11,352 nucleotides of DNA from Gemmatimonadota bacterium (GTDB taxonomy: Bacteria > Gemmatimonadota > Gemmatimonadetes > Longimicrobiales > Gaopeijiaceae): positions 1 to 11,352 of the forward strand of contig JBDHHQ010000126.1 in the NCBI GenBank assembly GCA_039589315.1, given 5' to 3'. Below, one piece after another: positions 6,695-11,352 of this stretch. The stretch's first letter is position 1. Each line of letters opens with the position of its first letter. A program made the translations under genes and the position numbers. The notes under the pieces are model-generated. The model had not been told where the DNA came from and searched no databases. It saw only the letters and a list, made by a program, of their open reading frames with translations.

Positions 6695-7944
6695 GCGTCC
6701 AGCCTGACACGATCACGAAGAGTCAAATGGACCGATATCTCTCGAAGGACCACGTCGCCCTCCGGAACCGCGTACGCGAGTTCGCCCTGGAGTCCATCGT
6801 TCCGGTCGCTACCGAGCTCGACGAGCGGTCCGAGTTTCCGTGGGAGACCGTCAAGGCCATGGGCGAGATGGGGTTGCTGGGCGTTCCCGTCCCCCGGGAG
6901 CTGGGCGGCATGGGCCTCGACTACCTCAGCTACATCCTGGTCGTGGAGGAGCTGGCCAAGTACGACGCCAGCCACGCCATCACGGTCTCGGCGCACACCA
7001 CCCTCGGATCCGGACCCATCCTGGACTTCGGCACCGAGGAGCAAAGGGAGCGCTTCATTCCGCCCTTGGCGTCGGGCAAGGTGCTGGGAGGATTCGGCCT
7101 CACCGAGCCGGATGCCGGCTCTGACGCCGGCAGCAGCCGAACGCGGGCGATCCGCGAGAACGGCTGCTACCGGCTGAACGGCGCCAAGATCTTCATCACC
7201 CACGCCGGGGTGGGAGAGATCTTCACGGTCACCGCCGTCACCGATCCCGACGCCGGCTCCAAGGGCATCAGCAGCTTCGTCGTTTGCAAGCCCACCGTCG
7301 ACCTGGAGCGCGCGAGCCAGGTGGGGTTCGGCCACCTCGACGACCTGCCCTTCGTGCCTGGTGTCAAAGCGGGCAAGAAGGAAGACAAGATGGGTTGGCG
7401 GGCGTCCGATACGCGCGAGCTGCTCCTGGAAGACGTCGTGGTGCCCGAGAACAGCCGCCTGGGCGACGAGGGACAGGGCTTCATCAACTTCATGAAGACC
7501 CTGGACGCGGGGCGAATCGGCATCGCGGCGCTTTCCCTGGGGCTCGCCGAAGGCGCGGTGGACGTGGCCCTCCGCTACGTGAACGAACGGGAGCAGTTCG
7601 GCAAGAAGATCTGGGAGTTCCAGAGCGTCCAGTTTCCGCTGGCGGACCTGGCCACCGAGATCGAGGCCGGGCGACACCTGACGTATCACGCGGCGTGGCT
7701 CAGGGACCAGGGCTGCCCGTACGGCAAGGAAGCCGCCATGGCCAAGCTCTTCTGCTCCGAGCTGTCGATGAAGGCCACGGCGACGGCCATTCAGGTGCTG
7801 GGCGGGGCAGGCTACACGTCCGACTATCCGGTGGAGCGCATGTTCCGGGACGCCAAGGTCTGCGAGATCGGCGAGGGCACCAACGAGATCCAGCGCATGG
7901 TCATCGGACGGCACATGGTGAGGGAGGCCTTGCAGGAGGCCTGA
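6691..7944 (+). CDS. Acyl-CoA dehydrogenase (short/branched-chain type)
   Basis: FGLTEPDAGSDA, LNGAKIFITHA, KKEDKMGWRASDT, LDAGRIGIAA, REQFGKKI, QVLGGAGYTSDYPVERMFRDAKVCEIGEGTNEIQR. GTG start overlaps the recQ stop (GTGA); alternative ATG at 6727. Confidence 0.95.
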   Translation: MSVQPDTITKSQMDRYLSKDHVALRNRVREFALESIVPVATELDERSEFPWETVKAMGEMGLLGVPVPRELGGMGLDYLSYILVVEELAKYDASHAITVSAHTTLGSGPILDFGTEEQRERFIPPLASGKVLGGFGLTEPDAGSDAGSSRTRAIRENGCYRLNGAKIFITHAGVGEIFTVTAVTDPDAGSKGISSFVVCKPTVDLERASQVGFGHLDDLPFVPGVKAGKKEDKMGWRASDTRELLLEDVVVPENSRLGDEGQGFINFMKTLDAGRIGIAALSLGLAEGAVDVALRYVNEREQFGKKIWEFQSVQFPLADLATEIEAGRHLTYHAAWLRDQGCPYGKEAAMAKLFCSELSMKATATAIQVLGGAGYTSDYPVERMFRDAKVCEIGEGTNEIQRMVIGRHMVREALQEA

Positions 7945-7962
7945 GCCGCTCAATGGCCGGAT

Positions 7963-7981
7963 CCGGATGCACCCCATCCGG
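7963..7981 (+). terminator. GC-rich hairpin after the acyl-CoA dehydrogenase stop (possible weak terminator or stabilising stem)
   Basis: CCGGATG-caccc-CATCCGG, 7-bp stem, followed by only TT (no real U-tract). Confidence 0.3.
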
Positions 7982-8082
7982 TTGGACGCAGCTCTCGTGG
8001 ATCGATCGAGCGCCTGCGGCGTATACGTAAGCGCGACGGACACGGCCGAACCCGCGAGGAGGGCAGGCCGCGCCCGTCGCCG

Positions 8083-8298
8083 CATAATCAGCTGTGTCTA
8101 AACCAGGGGCCTGAAGCCCCCTGCCGCCCAAGTGACAGCCGACCTCCGCCCCGGAGTCTGCCAGGCCCGGAGGGGAGACGGGGTCGAATGGGAAGCGGTC
8201 GACCGCGGCCGGTCACACGCCCACGAGCGTGAATGGCCGGCACGGTGCCGTCGGGACAGGGGACCAGGTCGCGCACCCCCGAGAAGGGGACCAGCGTC
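8083..8298 (+). promoter_or_regulatory. Putative -10 element (CATAAT 8083-8088) and ~200-nt structured 5' leader of the RNase E/G gene
   Basis: Hairpins at 8104-8123, 8140-8186, 8208-8241 and 8277-8289, the last covering the SD. No good -35 was seen. Confidence 0.45.
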
Positions 8299-9828
8299 TT
8301 GAAGAGGCAGATTCTGATCAGCGCCACGACGCACGAGTCGTGGGTGGCGCTGGTCGAAAACGGAGAATTAGCGGAGCTCATGTTCGACCGGCCCGACCAG
8401 GGCCGGCTCGTGGGCGACATCTTTCTGGGTCGCGTAGAAGCCGTGTTACCCGGCATCCAGGCGGCCTTCGTCGATATCGGGACCGAGAAGGCGGGGTTCC
8501 TGCACGCCTCGGACCTGGAGCGGACCGAGGACGACGACGAGGATGACGGGGGCAACGGTCGTCGGAGTCGAAAGTATCCGCCGATCCAGGACAGGGTCCA
8601 GAAGGGCCAGCAGATCCTGGTGCAGGCGACCAAGGAGCCCATCAGCACCAAGGGGCCGCGCCTCACCGCGGAGGTCTCCCTCCCAGGTCGGTTCCTGGTC
8701 TACATGCCCTTCTCGTCACATGTGGGCGTGAGCCGCAAGATCGACGACCGCTCCGAGCGGGGCCGGCTGCGACAGTTGGCGCGGTCGATCCTTCCCGAGG
8801 ACAGCGGGGGGATCATCGTCCGCACGGTTGGGGAAGAGGTGACCGAGGCCACGCTGGCCAAGGAGTTCCAGCGCCTTCACGCGAATTGGAAGAAGATCCA
8901 GAACCGGTCCCGTTCGATGAAGGCACCGTCGGTGGTTCATCGGGAGGCCAAGCTCATCTCCGGCGTCATCCGAGACCTGTTCAGCGACAAGTTCGACGCG
9001 CTGATCATCGACTCCAGGGCCATCTTCAACGAAGTCAGCCAGTACGTGCAGTCGGTGGACCCGGACCTCATGGACCGGGTCAAGTACTACGACGGCTCCG
9101 AGCCCCTCTTCGACAAGCACAACATCGGAGAGGAGATTCGCGGTCTCTTCGAGCGCAGGGTCGAGCTGGCGTCGGGAGGCTCCATCGTGATCGAGCCCAC
9201 GGAGGCTCTGGTCTCCATCGACGTCAATACCGGGCGCTTCACGGGCAAAGGCAAGAACAAGGATCCCGAGAAGACGATCCTGAAGACCAACCTCGACGCT
9301 GCCCGGGAAGTGGCTCGGCAGCTTCGCCTGCGCGACGTCGGCGGCATCATCGTCTGCGACTTCATCGACATGGAGTCCCAACAGAATCGGGACCGAGTCC
9401 TGCACGAGCTCCGGACGCACCTGGGACGGGACCGGGCCCGGACCCGCGCCTTTCAGGTCTCCGACCTCGGACTCGTGGAGATGACGCGGCAGCGGGTCCG
9501 ACCGTCTCTCGCCCATTCCCTCACGGAACCGTGCACCTGCTGCGGCGGCAGGGGGCGCGTGGACACGCCGCCGACGGTCGTGCGGCGGATCGAGCGTGCC
9601 CTCCGCAGGGCCTCGGCCTCCAGGAACGAGACTACGCTGGTGATCCGCATCCACCCCGAGGTAGCGCTGTACATCCTGGAGGAAGAGGCGGACTTCCTCC
9701 GGCGCATGGGCAAGTGGACCAAACTCTCCCTGGACATCCGCGACGATCCCCTCATGCGCCAGGACGAGTTCCGCCTGCTGTCCGGTCCGGCCGAGACCGA
9801 CGTGACCGGTCGGTACAGCAGCCAGTAG
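8299..9828 (+). CDS. Rne/Rng family ribonuclease (RNase G-length, catalytic domain only)
   Basis: Likely start is TTG 8299 (MKRQILIS..., SD AAGGGGA 8284-8290), 509 aa. S1 domain GDIFLGRVEAVLPGIQAAFVDIGTEKAGFLH, KEPISTKGPRLT, EALVSIDVNTG, RQLRLRDVGGIIVCDFIDM, GLVEMTRQR, and Zn-link CTCCGGRG. No long C-terminal degradosome scaffold. Confidence 0.95.
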   Translation: MKRQILISATTHESWVALVENGELAELMFDRPDQGRLVGDIFLGRVEAVLPGIQAAFVDIGTEKAGFLHASDLERTEDDDEDDGGNGRRSRKYPPIQDRVQKGQQILVQATKEPISTKGPRLTAEVSLPGRFLVYMPFSSHVGVSRKIDDRSERGRLRQLARSILPEDSGGIIVRTVGEEVTEATLAKEFQRLHANWKKIQNRSRSMKAPSVVHREAKLISGVIRDLFSDKFDALIIDSRAIFNEVSQYVQSVDPDLMDRVKYYDGSEPLFDKHNIGEEIRGLFERRVELASGGSIVIEPTEALVSIDVNTGRFTGKGKNKDPEKTILKTNLDAAREVARQLRLRDVGGIIVCDFIDMESQQNRDRVLHELRTHLGRDRARTRAFQVSDLGLVEMTRQRVRPSLAHSLTEPCTCCGGRGRVDTPPTVVRRIERALRRASASRNETTLVIRIHPEVALYILEEEADFLRRMGKWTKLSLDIRDDPLMRQDEFRLLSGPAETDVTGRYSSQ

Positions 9829-9926
9829 GCCTCCATCCGCGACCGACCTCCTCGCAGCCGTCTCGCGTGCCCCGTGGGGAGCTTACGGACCGCGTTCGGC
9901 ACCTCACGACTTGCATGGGTCCATCC

Positions 9927-9962
9927 TTGACATGCATCTTCCCTCGCCGTAAGTAAGATAAT
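9927..9962 (+). promoter_or_regulatory. Putative sigma70-type promoter for the TonB-dependent receptor gene
   Basis: Perfect TTGACA at 9927-9932 and an AT-rich TAAGTAAGATAAT at 9950-9962. The 17-bp spacing gives an imperfect TAAGTA; the better TAAGAT/GATAAT lie at non-canonical spacing. Confidence 0.45.
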
Positions 9963-10172
9963 TACCAAGTCAGGAGCACGTCAGATCTTGCAGGGGCCGC
10001 GACGCCCCAAGGAGGTGTGGGCTGACCCGTCTATCGTTCGATCCCCCACATACAAGCACAATTTCCCAGCTGCACGCATAGTGTCCGGGAGAACACTCTC
10101 GCGTGTGGCGTCCGCTGTGGAACGTGTCCGCAGTGGAACCGTTTCTCTCCGACCTTTTTGGAGGCCAGAGAA

Positions 10173-11352
10173 ATGAGACGTCCATCGTACGCTCTTCTAC
10201 CCAAAGGGCTTGCGCGCCTCGCGTTTGCGGGGGTTTTCGCGTTCGCCCTGGGGTGGGCCCCTTCGGCGGCTTCGGCGCAGACCGGAACCATCGTCGGCAC
10301 GGTGTCGGAATCCGGAGGCCTGCGCACGCTCGAAAGCACGCAGGTGTTTATCCCGGGGACCGGAATCGGCACGCTGACGAACGCCGCCGGAAGGTACCTG
10401 CTCCTGAACGTCCCGGTCGGTCAGGTGACCGTTCGGGCCGAGCTCGTCGGCTACCGCGCCTCCGAGGTCACCGTGACGGTGGCCGCGGACGAGTCCGTGG
10501 TCGCCGACATCTCCTTGGCTCAGACGGCCATCGCCCTCGACGAGGTGGTGGTGACGGGAGCCGGCCAGGCAACGGAGATCCGGAAGCTCGGAAACACCAT
10601 CGCCAGCATCAACTCCGAGGATCTGGAACAGCAGCCGGTGACGACGCTGTCCGAGATCCTCACCGGCCGTGAGCCCGGCCTGGTGGGTCTGCCCAGCTCC
10701 GGTTTGACCGGCGAGGGCGCCCAGTTCCGGATCCGCGGCTCCGCCAGCCTCTCGCAGTCCAACGAGCCCATCATCTACGTGGACGGCGTCCGCGTGGACC
10801 GGGCCGGCGGGTTCGGCCAGGGCGTGGACGCCGGCACGGCCGGTGAGCCCTCGCGTCTGGACGACATCAATCCCGACGCCATCGAGCGGGTCGAGATCCT
10901 CAAGGGCGCGGCGGCGGCGACGCTGTACGGGTCCGAGGCGTCCAACGGCGTCATCCAGATCTTCACCAAGTCCGGGCGGACCGGTGAGCCGAGCTGGAAC
11001 TACACAGGCGAGTACGGCCTGGTGAACTACCCCGGCGACGCTTTCCTGCCCAACACGGGCTTCGCCACGACGCAGGAGCAGCTGGGCAACATGCAGCAGC
11101 TCTACAACGCGCCGGGTCTGCAGCTGTACGAGCCCCTCGCGGTGCCCATCGTGAAGGACTGGTCCTACGAGACCGGCCAGTTCACGACGCACTCCCTGTC
11201 GGTGAACGGTGGGACGTCGGCGGTGACCTACTTCCTGAGTGGCCGTATCCAGTACGAGGACGGCCCGTTCGGCGGTACGGACCGTTGCGTCGTCGGTTGC
11301 GCCGAGGACACGAACCAGAAGGTCCAGGGATCTGCGACCATCAACGTGTTCC
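10173..11352 (+). CDS. SusC/RagA family TonB-dependent outer-membrane receptor, 5' part (runs off window)
   Basis: Not in the ORF track (no stop in window). ATG 10173 with SD GGAGG 10160-10164. Signal peptide ending APSAASA/QTGTIVGTV, an N-terminal carboxypeptidase-regulatory-like domain, TonB-box-like LDEVVVTG, and plug motifs RIRGSASLSQSNEPIIYVDGVRVD and LDDINPDAIERVEILKGAAAATLYGSEASNGVIQIFTKSG. Confidence 0.93.
   Translation, partial: MRRPSYALLPKGLARLAFAGVFAFALGWAPSAASAQTGTIVGTVSESGGLRTLESTQVFIPGTGIGTLTNAAGRYLLLNVPVGQVTVRAELVGYRASEVTVTVAADESVVADISLAQTAIALDEVVVTGAGQATEIRKLGNTIASINSEDLEQQPVTTLSEILTGREPGLVGLPSSGLTGEGAQFRIRGSASLSQSNEPIIYVDGVRVDRAGGFGQGVDAGTAGEPSRLDDINPDAIERVEILKGAAAATLYGSEASNGVIQIFTKSGRTGEPSWNYTGEYGLVNYPGDAFLPNTGFATTQEQLGNMQQLYNAPGLQLYEPLAVPIVKDWSYETGQFTTHSLSVNGGTSAVTYFLSGRIQYEDGPFGGTDRCVVGCAEDTNQKVQGSATINVF

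Noticed and set aside
8233..8298. ATG 8233 as the RNase E/G start
   Set aside because: It lacks an SD and lies within a hairpin. Family similarity begins at MKRQILI (TTG 8299), which has an SD.
9829..9926. Intrinsic terminator after the RNase E/G gene
   Set aside because: No clean stem followed by a U-tract was found.
9965..10172. Cobalamin or TPP riboswitch upstream of the TonB-dependent receptor
   Set aside because: I could not find the B12-box or the TPP CUGAGA/ACCUGA consensus by eye. An Rfam search would be decisive.
65..11192. Long minus-strand and alternate-frame ORFs (e.g. 65-946, 974-1888, 1621-3594, 3613-4959, 5012-6394, 6586-8085, 8716-9654, 10197-11192)
   Set aside because: Shadow ORFs overlapping clearly identifiable + strand genes. 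They are expected in high-GC DNA and carry no recognisable motifs.

Overview
High-GC (~70%) bacterial chromosomal window; the gene set and the SusC-type receptor suggest Gemmatimonadota (inference). All credible genes are on the + strand. In order: the 3' end of a B12-binding acyl-CoA mutase subunit/domain, an MCC-beta-like carboxyltransferase, a split AtuA pair, a methylglutaconyl-CoA-hydratase-like crotonase, a small membrane protein, a short RecQ helicase, an acyl-CoA dehydrogenase, an RNase E/G family nuclease and the 5' part of a SusC/RagA TonB-dependent receptor. No mobile element, CRISPR array, tRNA or rRNA was seen. The most striking unannotated feature lies between 192 and 3892. Every intergenic gap there is bridged exactly by mini-ORFs (6, 13, 12, 18 and 50 aa) whose starts and stops form ATGA/GTGA overlaps, giving nine consecutive stop/start junctions, a possible ribosome relay. 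Some of these linkers look like duplications of the neighbouring gene termini. Other notable items are a C-rich tandem repeat with G-quadruplex potential just upstream of recQ and two structured, SD-occluding leaders upstream of the RNase E/G and SusC genes.
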